Part shown: one piece after another, positions 50,264 through 62,027 of the stretch
How positions within the stretch are numbered: the stretch's first letter is position 1
How the letters are laid out: each line of letters begins with the position of its first letter
NCBI GenBank assembly: GCA_950097015.1
Contig: CATNEN010000003.1
Coordinates: forward strand, 2,356,001-2,420,000
Direction of reading: 5' to 3'
DNA length: 64,000 nucleotides
Source: Macrostomum hystrix
Taxonomy: Eukaryota > Animalia > Platyhelminthes
Program-made: the position numbers and the translations under genes
The notes under the pieces: generated by a model
What the model was told of the DNA's origin: nothing
Databases searched by the model: none
What the model saw: the letters and a program-made list of their open reading frames with translations, nothing else

Positions 50264-50753
50264 CTGGGAGAATGAGGAGAAGCAAGAACCAAGGATTATA
50301 ATTTCTTAGGAAGTATAAAAACTGATTACAATATTTTAGTAATTCAAATCATAATATTGAACATATACCTAACCTAAAGTACGCAGTTTCATTAAAAAAA
50401 CTACATATGCGCTAGAGTACACACCACAGCAATAAAGTACAAAACGTTGGAGTAAAGTACTTGCGCACTAAAGTGCACAACTTGGAATAAAGTACTTGCG
50501 CACTAAGGTGCACAACTTTTAATAAAGTGCTCGCGCACTAAAAGACAAACAATAGTTAAATATTAGCAGAATAATTAAAAGAAGACATGTACTTTATATA
50601 CTTACATTTCTAATAAAAATATGTACTTAAAACGAGACGGACATCATTTAAACTAAGAACTACATGACAGCTCTTTAAAAGTACAAGTGTACTTTTAGTA
50701 CTATTAGTTTATTTAGTAAAAACACAAATAAATGAATACATTTGCATCCTTAC

Positions 50754-51179
50754 CAGCCAACGCCTGACAGCCGCGCAGACGAATCTTTGGCGTGTCGCCA
50801 TCCAGCAGTCCCAACAGCAGGCTGTAGGAGAACTGCGCCTGCTGCTTCAACAGCAGCTGATTGTCGCCGTTGCGAAGGACTAGACAGCCCAGACTGTAGG
50901 CGGCCTCGGCCTGCACCTCGGGCACAGGCGATGTAGCCAGCAGTTCAACCAGAAGCTCCAAGGCGCCCTCTTCGGCTAGGCGACTCTGCGTTGCCGGGTT
51001 GTTGCTATGGGCTACGCCAACGCAAAGCGCGGCCAAAGTTTGTACGGCGCAGAGCAGAACCCGCTGGCTGGACTTGGCGGATTTCAAGATTCGAACCAGA
51101 GGCTGCAGGCCGCCCTCTTTGGCCACCTCGTTCTGACGGGTGACGCTGTCTCTGGCTAGAGCAGTCAAAGCTACGCAGG
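50754..51179 (-). CDS. ANKAR: ANKAR exon (armadillo)
   Basis: TGCAG|ACVALTALARDS...LCVGVAHSNNPATQ...EAAYSLGCLVL...|GTAAGG; 426 nt, phase 1 to 1. Confidence 0.92.
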
Positions 51180-51249
51180 CTGCAATCGGGGTGGAGACAG
51201 CGAGTACGCGTGTACTTTTACAGTTGTTTTCCATATGCGTACTTTAGGA

Positions 51250-51500
51250 GGAGGTTGTAGCCTAGTGGTTAGAGCGTCGGACTAACGACCTGAAGGTCGG
51301 GGGTTCGATTCCCGACTCTACTGGAATTCATTTGTTTCTTTTAGAAAGACACTTAACTATGCATTGGTTCAGTTCCCCCAGCTGTTAAATGGGTACCAGC
51401 ATCAGCTGATGAATTGTGGGTGCGTGTGGCGTCCCCCAGTCCATGGACTGAACAACCGTACGCAGCCTTCAGATGCGACATAGGGCAGGTGCAATAAATT
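51250..51500 (+). mobile_element. SINE family A copy in an ANKAR intron
   Basis: Same tRNA head, CORE-like block and CAGTCCATGGACTG palindrome as the 30801-31121 copy; internal deletion near the 3' end. Confidence 0.85.
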
Positions 51501-51596
51501 ACAATTAATCATTGAATACTGAGCACTAAAGGTCGAGGGTTCTAATCTTTAAACATCATTTAATTAAAAAATACCTTCTATCCGAACTGAACTCAC

Positions 51597-51750
51597 CAAC
51601 GAACTGCAGCTTCTCAGACTTGGTCATTAGTATCTCAATCAGCTGCTGGATGCCGATTCTCTGGGCAATGGCTCGCTGCTGAACGTGAGTGGCTCCGGCC
51701 AGTGCCCACAAAGCCAGCGCGCCCTGTTCCTTCACCTCCAGTGACCAGAC
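51597..51750 (-). CDS. ANKAR: ANKAR exon (armadillo)
   Basis: CATAG|VWSLEVKEQGALALWALAGATHVQQRAIAQRIG...KLQFV|GTGAGT; 154 nt, phase 0 to 1. Confidence 0.9.
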
Positions 51751-51883
51751 CTATGTTTTAATTGACAGATGAACACGCTTGCTTGTAAATTGTATGCGTA
51801 GGCTCATAGAAGAAAAAAGTTAGTGACCAATCATTAATACGTGTTTTTCGATACATATCGGCTAGTTAACAGTAAAACTACCT

Positions 51884-52237
51884 TGGGGAGGAATTCCGAC
51901 AATATTCAAGTCGCCAGCTTTTCAGACCGTCAAGATATTCATCGGTTCTGGCCGAGTCAGATTTTTCCCATCAGCGCTTGAGTATTTGATACACCCCTAT
52001 ACAATAATTACTTGCCAGGCCTTCAAAATTTATCAGCATGTCACCCAAATGTGCCTGCATCGCCTCCGTCTTCGGTGGTCACCTACTTTTATCTAGACGG
52101 ATTTGCTGGACCTTCAAGGGCTACAACAGGTGGAAATAGGCCACTATGGACACCCTGACGCGAAGTCTGTCAATCAATCAGTCACCACCAACATTCAGGC
52201 GCTGTTAAAATGAATTTCAGGCGGGAATTTCTCCCCA
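51884..52237. mobile_element. Possible MITE
   Basis: TGGGGAGGAATTCC ... GGAATTTCTCCCCA inverted ends (13/14) bound a GC-richer island in an AT-rich intron; no clear TSD. Confidence 0.4.
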
Positions 52238-52799
52238 CCCCTTGTATAAAAACGGTCGGCAAAATGACTTGGTTGTCCTACAGTTAGAAGGCAAAAATTC
52301 TTTATTTTTTTAAAAGCTATTGAAAAGCTTCTAATATACGTGGCAAGGTCGAAACTACCCTGGAGTAATATGTACTTTTAAAGACGTACGAAAGCATCGA
52401 CATTAAGTCTACCCGCAAACTAATCTACTATATAGTAAAGCAAGTACAAAAGGCCGATGATAATTAGTCGATAAATATTGATGCACATAACAATAGAAGA
52501 AAGCATTATGGATTCTTGCATTGCATAACTGTTTTAAATACTTACGCTGACTTCATGAATAAGTGTCGGAAACATCTATTGATTAGCGGCGAAGATGTTC
52601 AAGTATAAATGTGCATTATTGAAAGCAGTGAAGAAGTCTCAATCATTAAAAAGTTATCAATATAAACATGTTCGTTTTCAATCAAAATTGTAACTACACT
52701 TCCATTATAAAAAACTATTTATCACGAATGTAGTGATTACCGGTTACTCCAAAAATTTGTTTGTGCTTATGTACATTCGTGAAACCTAATTTTCTCTAA

Positions 52800-53045
52800 C
52801 CTTAATGTACATTTGCTAGCCATACAATCTCTAACCTCAATGTACATTCGCTAGCCATACAATCTCTAGCCTCAATGTATATTCGCTAGCCATACAATCT
52901 CTAACCTCAATGTACATTCGCTAGCCATACAATCTCTAGCCTCAATGTACATTCACTAGCCGTACAATCTCTAACCTCAATGTACATTCGCTAGCCATAC
53001 AATCTCTAACCTCAATGTACATTCGCTAGCCATACAATCTCTACC
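52800..53045. repeat. Minisatellite, 35-bp unit CAATGTACATTCGCTAGCCATACAATCTCTAACCT
   Basis: About 7 tandem copies. Confidence 0.95.
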
Positions 53046-53811
53046 CCGGAAAGCACATTTGCAGCCAAAATTTGATGACATTCGCTAGCACGGGCACAGA
53101 ATTCTCTCCACCTAATGTACGCTCGTAATCGATTTATCATTGGTTTACATCTAGAGCTAACCATCACAAGAATTTATAAATTAAAAAAATGCTTCTTGAT
53201 TCTGTACTGAACATTTATTTATAATTTTGTTACGAGAAATCATACCAATTTTTTGTAAGTTAGAAGTTTTTTTACTTAGGACAGAAAAAACTTTTGTAAA
53301 TATCATGCATATAGTGATTACGAAATTATTGTCGTTGATAACAAACAAAGACTTGAATAGATATGTTTTTCAAGCATATATCTCGTAAAATATAGAACAA
53401 AAATTCATTTAAGAACAATTAAAAATATTTTTAATCCATTCGACTTAAAAATTAAAGAATAAGCAAACATAGGCAAATAGTGTAAAAAATTTAATATGAT
53501 CTTTAAAAAATGAATCAATTGATAATAAACTCAGTGCAATTGAATTCACGCAGGCAATCGAATAATAAAAAAATTTTGAATGGTTCGAAATTTATTGCAA
53601 AGTAAAATTTTACTTACACCAAAGTCAACGCCCTGAAAATTAGCAATTATTAAATATAATCGAATATAATTTTATCGCAAGTAGGAAAGAGGATATTTGA
53701 AGTTAAGGAAATTCACACAGTGCAAGCTTCACACTCAGTTTTTGTCTGTGTGCCGATTCTGATAGGCAAAACGTTCAACGACAAAATTCAGTTAAAGTAC
53801 AACGCTCATTA

Positions 53812-53890
53812 AAGGTAGCGTACAGCTGTTCAGTCCGTGGACTGGGGGGCACTCAAGGACACAAGTTTCTTTCCTCAGGCCGGGATTCAC
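53812..53890 (-). mobile_element. SINE family A fragment
   Basis: GCGTACAGCTGTTCAGTCCGTGGACTGGGGG...AAGGACACAA. Confidence 0.65.
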
Positions 53891-54029
53891 ACAAAAAACT
53901 AATTAACTACTTAGGACAAGCTACTACTGCAAGTAGGTGTGCAAATTTACTAAGTGAAAAAAATGGTTAGTGCGAAATTTCAAGATTTTAAGGTCAACAG
54001 AAAAATGTGACTCAAACGATCGGACTCAC

Positions 54030-54180
54030 TTTAAGCAGTTTCAGCAGCGCCTTGTCTGTCTCCAAGCGAATGAAAGCCTTCTGCGACTGTGGATTGCCTT
54101 CGGATAGGGCTTCAACAGCGCTAGCGGCTTTCACCTGGACATTGATGTTGCCGCGACTCTTCAGCAGGTTAACTAGCGGC
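54030..54180 (-). CDS. ANKAR: ANKAR exon (armadillo)
   Basis: CGCAG|PLVNLLKSRGNINVQVKAASAVEALSEGNPQSQKAF...LLKLLK|GTGAGT; 151 nt, phase 2 to 0. Confidence 0.9.
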
Positions 54181-54314
54181 CTGCGTTGTGAGCAATGGTA
54201 TCTCTTGCTAGTCTATTGCTATTATTACATGCATATCTCTTTTTATTCATTATTAACGCTTCTTTGGTTGGCAAGATAAAAAATGGTGAAAAAATTAGAA
54301 TGGGAAATTATAAG

Positions 54315-55283
54315 GTGGGGGGAAATAAACACGTGGGTGAGATATACACTGGTGGGTGAGATATACAGGTGGGTGAGATAAACAGGTGGGTGAGATAAAC
54401 AGATGGGTGAGATAAACAGATGGGTGAGATAAACAGGTGTGTGAGATAAACAGGTGGGTAAGATAAACAGATTGGTGAGATAAACAGGTGGGTGAGATAA
54501 ACAGATGGGTGAGACAAACAGGTGGGTGAGATAAACAGATGGGTGAGATAAACAGGTGGGTGAGATAAACAGATGGGTGAGACAAACAGGTGGGTGAGAT
54601 AAACAGATTGGTGAGACAAACAGGTGGGTAAGATAAACAGGTGGGTGAGATAAACGGGTGGGTGAGATAAACAGGTGTGTGAGATAAACAGGTGGGTAAG
54701 ATAAACAGGTGGGTGAGATAGACACAGGTGGGTAAGATAAACAGGTGGGTGAGATAAACAGATGGGTGAGACAAACAGGTGTGTGAGATAAACAGGTGGG
54801 TAAGATAAACAGATGGGTGAGATAAACAGGTGGGTGAGATAAACAGATGGGTGAGACAAACAGGTGGGTGAGATAAACAGATGGGTGAGATAAACAGGTG
54901 GGTGAGATAAACAGATGGGTGAGACAAACAGGTGGGTGAGATAAACAGATTGGTGAGATAAACAGGTGGGTAAGATAAACAGGTGGGTGAGATAAACGGG
55001 TGGGTGAGATAAACAGGTGTGTGAGATAAACAGGTGGGTAAGATAAACAGGTGGGTGAGATAGACACAGGTGGGTAAGATAAACAGGTGGGTGAGATAAA
55101 CAGATGGGTGAGACAAACAGGTGGGTGAGAAAAACAGATTGGTGAGATAAACAGGTGGGTGAGATAAACAGGTGGGTGAGATAAACAGATGGGTGAGACA
55201 GACACAGGTGGGTGAGATAGAACACAGGTGGGTGAGACAGACACAGGTGGGTGAGACAGACACACGTGGGTGAGACAGACAGG
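54315..55283. repeat. Minisatellite, 17-bp unit TGAGATAAACAGGTGGG
   Basis: Tandem copies. Confidence 0.96.
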
Positions 55284-55432
55284 AGGATTGGAGAAAGTTA
55301 GACGAAACTTAAAAGCAAGAGAAAACAGACACGCGTAAGGGGATGAGATGGACAGGCGAGAGGAATTAAATAGCAAATAAAAATGATTGGAAGGAGACGC
55401 GTTAAGGTAAAAAAAGCAAATAAAGCACTCAC

Positions 55433-55526
55433 TCAACAGCTTTAGCCTTGAGTACCAGCTCCTGATTATCCGGATTTCGTTTAGTAATTGCCGCCAAAGC
55501 AGCGGCCGCGTTAGTTTGCAGAATTT
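55433..55526 (-). CDS. ANKAR: ANKAR exon (armadillo)
   Basis: Not in the ORF track. GGCAG|EILQTNAAAALAAITKRNPDNQELVLKAKAVE|GTGAGT; 94 nt, phase 1 to 2. Confidence 0.88.
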
Positions 55527-56159
55527 CTGCCAAAATCAGTAAAAAAACATCGATTTGTCTATATTTCTACTACAAGTAGCATGTTGAAGACCAAAAACGC
55601 ACTAAATTTTTTTTTTCTTGAAGCTACGTTTTAATTATTCAAATAAAGGATGACTATAATCGATTGATTCCTGATCTCAATGGACGAAAGCATGTTTAAT
55701 AAATGTTATTAAACGATAATGAGTGATGAGTAATGCTAAAATTACTAAAATGTATGGCCTAGTTTATTGCTAGAATAAGAGAAGTATTAAGAAAATGTGA
55801 ATACTTTTTGTGACAGTAAGAAAAAGTAAAAAATGATTGTGATTCTGTATCATAGCGAGATAAAAATCTGCGAAGTACGTAGCAATGGTAACAATTTATG
55901 GATATAGTGAGTGAAATGATCGTTAAAAACTTTCAGGCCAATTTTGGTTTAAACTGTTCAACCAAACTAAACAAGCCATTGTCACATGCACATTTAACTC
56001 GCTTACAAGACAGACATTGAGTGAAGCTAAAGCTTAACAACACGACTGAACTCTTTGAGGATTAATAACCGATCAATCGATTTGGGGTTTTGCTTAGTTG
56101 AATTGAGATTACATGTTTCGCTTTTTGGGAAATATTCACGATTTTGGGATATGGCGAAT

Positions 56160-57010
56160 GAATTGGGATTTAAAATGTAGGATTTGGGTGATTGGATTGG
56201 GATTTGAATATTGGGATTTGGGTGATTGGATTGGGATTTGGGTGATTGGATTGGGATTTGGGTGATTGGATTGGAATTTGAATATTGGGATTTGGGTGAT
56301 TGGATTGGAATTTGAATATTGGGATTTGGGTGATTGGATTGGGATTTGAATATTGGGATTTGGGTGATTGGATTGGGATTTGCATATTGGTATTTGGGTG
56401 ATTAGATTTGGGATTTGAATAGTGGGGTTTGGGTGATTGGATTTGGGATTTGAATATTGGGATTTGGGTGATTGGATTGGGATTTGGGTGGTTGGATTGG
56501 GATTTGGGTGATTGGATTGGGATTTGAATATTGGGATTTGGGTGATTGGATAGAGATTTGAATAGTGGGATTTGGGTGATTGGATTGGGATTTGAATATT
56601 GGAATTTGGGTGATTTGATTGGGATTTGAATATTGAAATTTGAGTGATTGGATTGGGCTTTGAATATTGGGCTTTGGGTGATTGGATTGGGATTTAAATA
56701 GTGGGATTCGGGTGATTGGATTGGGATTTGAATAGTGGGATTTGGGTGATTGGATTGGGATTTGAATATTGGAATTTGGGTGATTGGATTGGGATTTGAA
56801 TATAGGAATTTGGGTGATTGGATTGGGATTTGAATATTGGAATTTGGGTGATTGGATTGGGATTTGAATATTGGGATTTGGGTGATTGGATAGGGATTTG
56901 AATAGTGGGATTTGGGTGATTGGATTGGGATTTGGTGGTTGGATTGGGATTTGGGTGATTGGATTGGGATTTGAATATTGGGATTTGGGTGATTGGATTG
57001 GGATTTGAAT
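56160..57010. repeat. Minisatellite, GGGATTTGGGTGATTGGATT plus GGGATTTGAATATT (34-bp composite)
   Basis: Tandem copies. Confidence 0.94.
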
Positions 57011-57844
57011 AATAAATTTTCCGCTCTATCCGATGAAACAACTTCACAGAAACACAAAAACATCGGCATGGTCAATATATTTAACGATTCAAGTTGTTTT
57101 TTTCTAACCAATTTCGCCATAGAGGTTTAATCACAGCAATGTCAGTTGTCCTTGTCACCAGGGACTCCGACAAGAATCGTTGAATATAACGGCTTTGAAA
57201 GTTAGTTCATCGTAAAGGGCGGAAATTTGTTGATACAGATGGTGGACTTTCACGAAATTCAAACGAAAATCAGTTATTCGGTTTTTTGAAATACCTTCGT
57301 GGACTTTCCCCAGTTGGGGGATTTGGTTTTGGTGATCCTAAATTTCTACTTGGTGACCAGACATGCATACTTTAAAGACACATAAAAAGCACATTAAAAA
57401 ACCAAGCTGCACATTAAAATCCTTTGAAGGAAATCTCGCACAAAACCACTCCCTCTACCATTGCAATCTGGCGGATAAAACTGCTTATAGAAGCAGTATC
57501 TGCGCAGCAGAGATTCAAACAGATTAACAGGGTGGCTCTGCGAGTAATTGTGCACGCAGCCGGGGTGTTCAGCGACCGACTCCGCCGGAGAAGCCGCTGT
57601 TGCTGTTGAATGCGAAGAAGCTGAATAAATATAACGACTTTTACTTAACTAGACTACTATGAGTAGAAAAACAAAAACGTTGCTAATAACATCTGGTCAC
57701 TAAGTTTTTTTCCTCCGAATCCTACTAACAGTAGAAATACGAAAAAGAAGCAACAAAAAATGCACAAATTTAGGTTTTTCGCTGATTACTAGTAAGATAG
57801 TACTATCTTTTGATTGCGACAATTTGATCCAATGTTGCACGGCG

Positions 57845-58072
57845 CCTCCGAAAGCTACGTACGGCTGTTCAGTCCATGGACTGGGAGGACGCCACACCCA
57901 CCCTAAATTACCTCCAGTTGATTTTAGTACTCACTAATGATGCTCTGTGAACTGATGCAACGCAGAGTTAAGTGTCCTGCTAAAGGACAAAAATAGTTTC
58001 GGTGGAGTTGGGAATCGAACCCCCGACCTTCAAGTCGTTAGTCCGACTCTCTAACTCCACCAGGCTACAACC
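57845..58072 (-). mobile_element. SINE family A copy, 3'-truncated
   Basis: tRNA head (GGTTCGATTCC), CORE-like block and palindrome are all visible. Confidence 0.8.
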
Positions 58073-58158
58073 CGCGGTGCCGATGGGTTAACTAAATACG
58101 AATCATATTAAGTACACTACTTAAAGTAGAAACGCAAGAAAGTAAAAGCAAAACCAAC

Positions 58159-58895
58159 CAGACGATCCTGCGGAAAGGAACTGCACCAGCGGCGGTACGG
58201 CGCCGCACTCGGCCACTTTACGCTGATTGGCCGAATTCCCGGTGCACAGCACGCGCAACGCATTGACCGCATTGGAGCGAACATCCTCAGCTGGCGAGTC
58301 TAGGACAGCTACTAGTGGAGCCAGGCCGCCCAGCTCAGAGATGAGAGCTCTGGACTCGTCAACGCAGGCCATGTCGCTGAGCACCAGGCTGGTGTTGGCA
58401 AGGATCTGGTCCACACCGCTGGAAAGCAGGCTGATGAGAATGGGCGCTGCGTTGGCCTCAGCCAGGGCCGATTTCACCCGGTCGTGCTCGGAGATGTTCC
58501 TCAGCACCGAGGTGGTGTCTCGAACCAATTCGAGGCTGTCTGAGCTAAGCCTCAGCAGGCGCACGAGGGCCGGCACGCCGCCAGCCTCCAGGATGCAACG
58601 CCAGTGGGTCTCGTGCGAAACTGACAGGCAGATGAGGCATTTCACTGCTGAGCACATGTGCTCAAGCCGACCGCTGCCCAGCATCTGGACTAGGGTGGAC
58701 CACACTGGCAGGTTGTCATAGGGCTGCCTGATCAGCTGTTCCAGCACATTGGTGTGCAGGTTCATTGTGGCCAGTTCGATGACGCCATTGCCCTCCTCGT
58801 CGTGCCAGGCTCGATTTGAGCCGAGTTCGAACAGGGCCAGGAGGGACTGGAGCGCCCCGGAGGTGGCTGCCAGCAGGGTCGGCGTCGAGCGAAGC
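58159..58895 (-). CDS. ANKAR: ANKAR exon (last ankyrin repeats and first armadillo repeats)
   Basis: TGCAG|LRSTPTLLAATSGAL...LPVWSTLVQML...WRCILEAGGVPALVRLL...NALRVLCTGN; donor G|GTTGGT; 737 nt, phase 2 to 1. Confidence 0.93.
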
Positions 58896-59128
58896 CTGCA
58901 ATAGGTTATTGACAATGTGCCTTCCCTTCATTGGGGTGGTTAGAATCTTAGACTCAGGATGATAAGGTTTGGAGTTCGAACTTTAATTTGAAAGGAAACT
59001 TTTTGTGATTGAGCAAGACAATTGGTTCCTAATTCAGCGAGCTCTGCGTCCGGACTAGCTGACTCAGGTCAGGATTTTCTATTTAAAGTAGAAACTTTTT
59101 CGATTGGCACACCCAAACCTTTGTTGCC

Positions 59129-59388
59129 GGCTTGTCGTGCAATTTACGCTCTTGGGGGCCAACCTCCAAGGCACAGTGAGAGTACAGTGCCAGACGATGA
59201 GAAAGTCAGTGCAGTTGTACACACCTGTGTGAGCGTGTGCCAGCGTACAGAATCTGTATGCGTGTGTGTTCAGGAGTCAGCGAAATGGGCAGAATTGTCT
59301 CCTCGCTGGCTGCAGGTCTACTGTCACCCAACCAAATGATTTGCCGTTTCCCACAGCCATCCTGCAATTATTTATGTTATTATTATTA
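59129..59388 (+). mobile_element. SINE family B, 5'-truncated
   Basis: Same body from GGCTTGTCGTGCAATTTACG to CCTGCAATTA(TTA)n; tRNA head missing. Confidence 0.82.
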
Positions 59389-59394
59389 TGCCGA

Positions 59395-59885
59395 CTTTGA
59401 TTTCAACAAGTGCCGTTTTCGATGTCAACAAATGCTGTTTACGACGTCAACAAATTGACCTTTGATGTTAACAAATGCCGCCTTTAATGTGAACAAATGC
59501 CGCCATTGATGTTAAAAAATGCCAAAATTAATGTTAACAAATGCCACACTTGATGTTAAGAGATGCCGCCTTTGATGACAACAAATGCCGCCTTTGATGT
59601 TAAAAAATGCCAAAATTAATGTTAACAAATGCCACACTTGATGTTAAGAGATGCCGCCTTTGATGACAACAAATGCCGCCTTTGATGTTAAAAAATGCCA
59701 AAATTAATGTTAACAAATGCCACACTTGATGTTAAGAGATGCCGCCTTTGATGACAACAAATGCCGCCTTTGATGTTAAAAAATGCCAAAATTAATGTTA
59801 ACAAATCCACACTTGATGTTGAGAGATGTCGCATAAAAATTGCCGACGTTAAGTTTAACAAATGACGTTTTTGATGTCAACAAAT
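59395..59885. repeat. 22-bp repeat (TTTGATGTTAACAAATGCCGCC) organised as an 88-bp higher-order unit
   Basis: The 88-bp unit starts at 59508, 59596 and 59684. Confidence 0.92.
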
Positions 59886-59977
59886 ACTGACATCGATATA
59901 AAAAAATTCGTATTAGTAAGCATTGTAAAAGTACGTAAAATTGTAGCAAATAATGACCACCTGTGCAAATAACTCAC

Positions 59978-60179
59978 GAATTCTTAGTCAACAGTTCCAA
60001 CAGCTCCTCATGTTTGCGAATCATCAGTCTCAGCACATTGGGATGATTAAAATAGGCGGCGTGATGCACGGCCGCCCAACCCATGGCGTCTGTCACAATC
60101 ACATTGGCGTAGCTGGCCAATAGACAGGAGGCTACCTCCAGACTGCCACACCTGGCCGCCAGGTGCAAAGCGGTGGGGC
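59978..60179 (-). CDS. ANKAR: ANKAR exon (ankyrin repeats)
   Basis: CTAG|GPTALHLAARCGSLE...GWAAVHHAAYFN...|GTGAGT; 202 nt, phase 1 to 2. Confidence 0.92.
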
Positions 60180-60427
60180 CTAGATAATTGTTATCAAAAA
60201 GCGATATGCTGGGTCAGATAAAATTAGGTGTCAAAAATGGACTTGCACTAGCAGACACCCGCTACAACCAATGGTTTATGATGTCCAACATCAGAAGAAA
60301 CCGATTTGCGTGCAGGAAATAATAATATAAATAGGTAATAAATAATAACTGGCTACATGTACACTTATACGTATCTCGACGTACACCTGTGGTGGTCGGC
60401 ATCAAACGAAAGTCCTACTGAATGTGA

Positions 60428-60847
60428 CCCTGTAAAAAATTCGGCTGCTTCTTCGGCGGGTTTTTTGTGCAAAATAGGAGTGGAATCTACCAAAATCCCG
60501 CCTATCTCGCAAGAGTTAAAGAAACCACCCAGGAAGCAGCCGATATAACCGTAAACTGTGCGGAAACCGCCGAAGAATCACCCGAACCAGTGGCCCATGG
60601 GACAACCAGAGAATTATTTACGGGCGATTCCTCGGCGGTTTCTGAGCATGGAATCTTCCGAACTGGAGGATTCTTTGGGTGATTCCATTTCGCCACCAAG
60701 AAGCACCGAGAAAACGCCCAGTTGGGTAGATTCTAAGCATGTAATCATCCGATTGGTATGTTTCCAGCGTTCGGCTGTTTCTTTTTCTGGAAACACCGCA
60801 GATTCCAACTGGAATCACCCAAAGAAACATCCCTATTTTTTAGCGGG
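60428..60847. mobile_element. Non-autonomous DNA transposon (MITE; CMC/EnSpm-like ends)
   Basis: TIR CCCTGTAAAAAAT / ATTTTTTAGCGGG (11/13), 2-bp flanking duplication GA, and internal inverted repeats of 22 bp (20/22) and 17 bp (perfect). Confidence 0.65.
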
Positions 60848-62027
60848 GAATAAGAATTGATAAGTGATAATATTTGTGAAGTCCATGAGATGATAAACTA
60901 AGATATTGAGAATTTGAATTTGGATTTTAATAAATTAGGATTTTTTGCTTAGAAAAAATACTTTGTTGTTTTTGGTGAACTTCTAGATTTAATAAATCTA
61001 TAAGTCTAGTGACGCACGACTTGCAAAGGAAAGTGAGACTAGAAAATGTTGAGAATTGAATTTATGCTCGTATAAATTAATATAAAAGTTTAATTTATGT
61101 GACGAAGTAACTTTTAGAAAGCATAACTTAGAACAAATAAAACAGGAAGAGATAAAGGTTGGATATACTAGTATACTCGTATTGGAACATTTTTACCGAT
61201 TCGAAGTTGCAATTCTGATCCTGCCGTTTTCGTTGTTTTAAAGTTAACAATAATAAGTGGCGGTTTTAGTATAATATAATTCTACAAAGCTCAGATAGCG
61301 GTTACTACAGTTTAATAGCTCTGAAAAGTGTTGACATAAATAATGAGAAGGTTCTATAGAACACTACAGGGAAACTAGACGAAGGTATTACTTTTTTGTA
61401 TGTTTTAATGGTACAAAAGTTTGTTAAATTTATAACTGTTTAATGTCTTATTGTCTTATAGACAGACAGGTAGACAGACAGACAGACACATAGACAGACA
61501 GACAGACTGGTGTTAAAGAAAAGCTCTAAACATTGATTTCATTGCTTTAAACATGAAGCAGGAAGCGACCAAAGATATCTTAGTTCTATCAGCCATATAA
61601 TAAGAGCAAAAAGCGATATGCTAAATATTTAAGCTTTGTTGTAGAAGTGCTAAAATACATTATACACAGGTTTTACATAAGAACGTAGAAGCATGCTTAA
61701 AAAACGGCTTAAGGAAATTCTAAAGTCCAAACAAAGCAACCGAAATTTCATCCTTCAAAACGTGCTCAAAGACAAGCCAGCTCAGAGTGTTGAAAAGTAC
61801 AAAGTTGCTTTCGTGCAAAAGATGCACCAATTCTTAAATGAAAGCGAATAAAAGTAAATAGTATGATTTTATAAATACAATCTCACCGGTTCTATTCCTC
61901 TCGCCTAAAAGATCAATGACAAAAATTTAGGGAATCTTTTATTTATTACACTGCCTGTCGTTACACTGCGCGCATGTTCGCATTCCAGTGTACATTTTGA
62001 GCGGAAGAATGACTAGCTTCAAATAAT

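Noticed and set aside
51250-51322. tRNA-like sequences with A and B boxes (also ~31050-31121, 48601-48675, 49730-49801, 58000-58072)
   Set aside because: The acceptor stems pair poorly and each continues into a shared SINE body with a microsatellite tail. These are SINE heads, not tRNA genes.
56160-57010. TTGGGA/TTTGGG-rich tract as interstitial telomere
   Set aside because: It is a composite 20/34-bp unit rather than (TTAGGG)n; an ordinary minisatellite.
1212-57120. Long periodic ORFs in the track (e.g. 5956-6867, 10074-10922, 18088-19371, 21775-23256, 36949-37718, 54243-55436, 56170-57120)
   Set aside because: They coincide with minisatellites whose units lack stops, are often open in several frames and on both strands, have no splice context, and several lie in introns.
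43438-58721. Plus-strand ORFs overlapping POP1 and ANKAR exons (43438-43851, 46460-46807, 49231-49608, 58227-58721), and 4936-5489 over the cadherin exon
   Set aside because: Antisense shadows of GC-rich coding exons with no independent protein features.
48536-59339. Similar short peptides (VVQFTPLRANL, PDDEKV..VHTCVSVC) in ORFs at 48536, 49493 and 59022
   Set aside because: They are translations of the three SINE-B copies; the reading frames are not preserved between copies.
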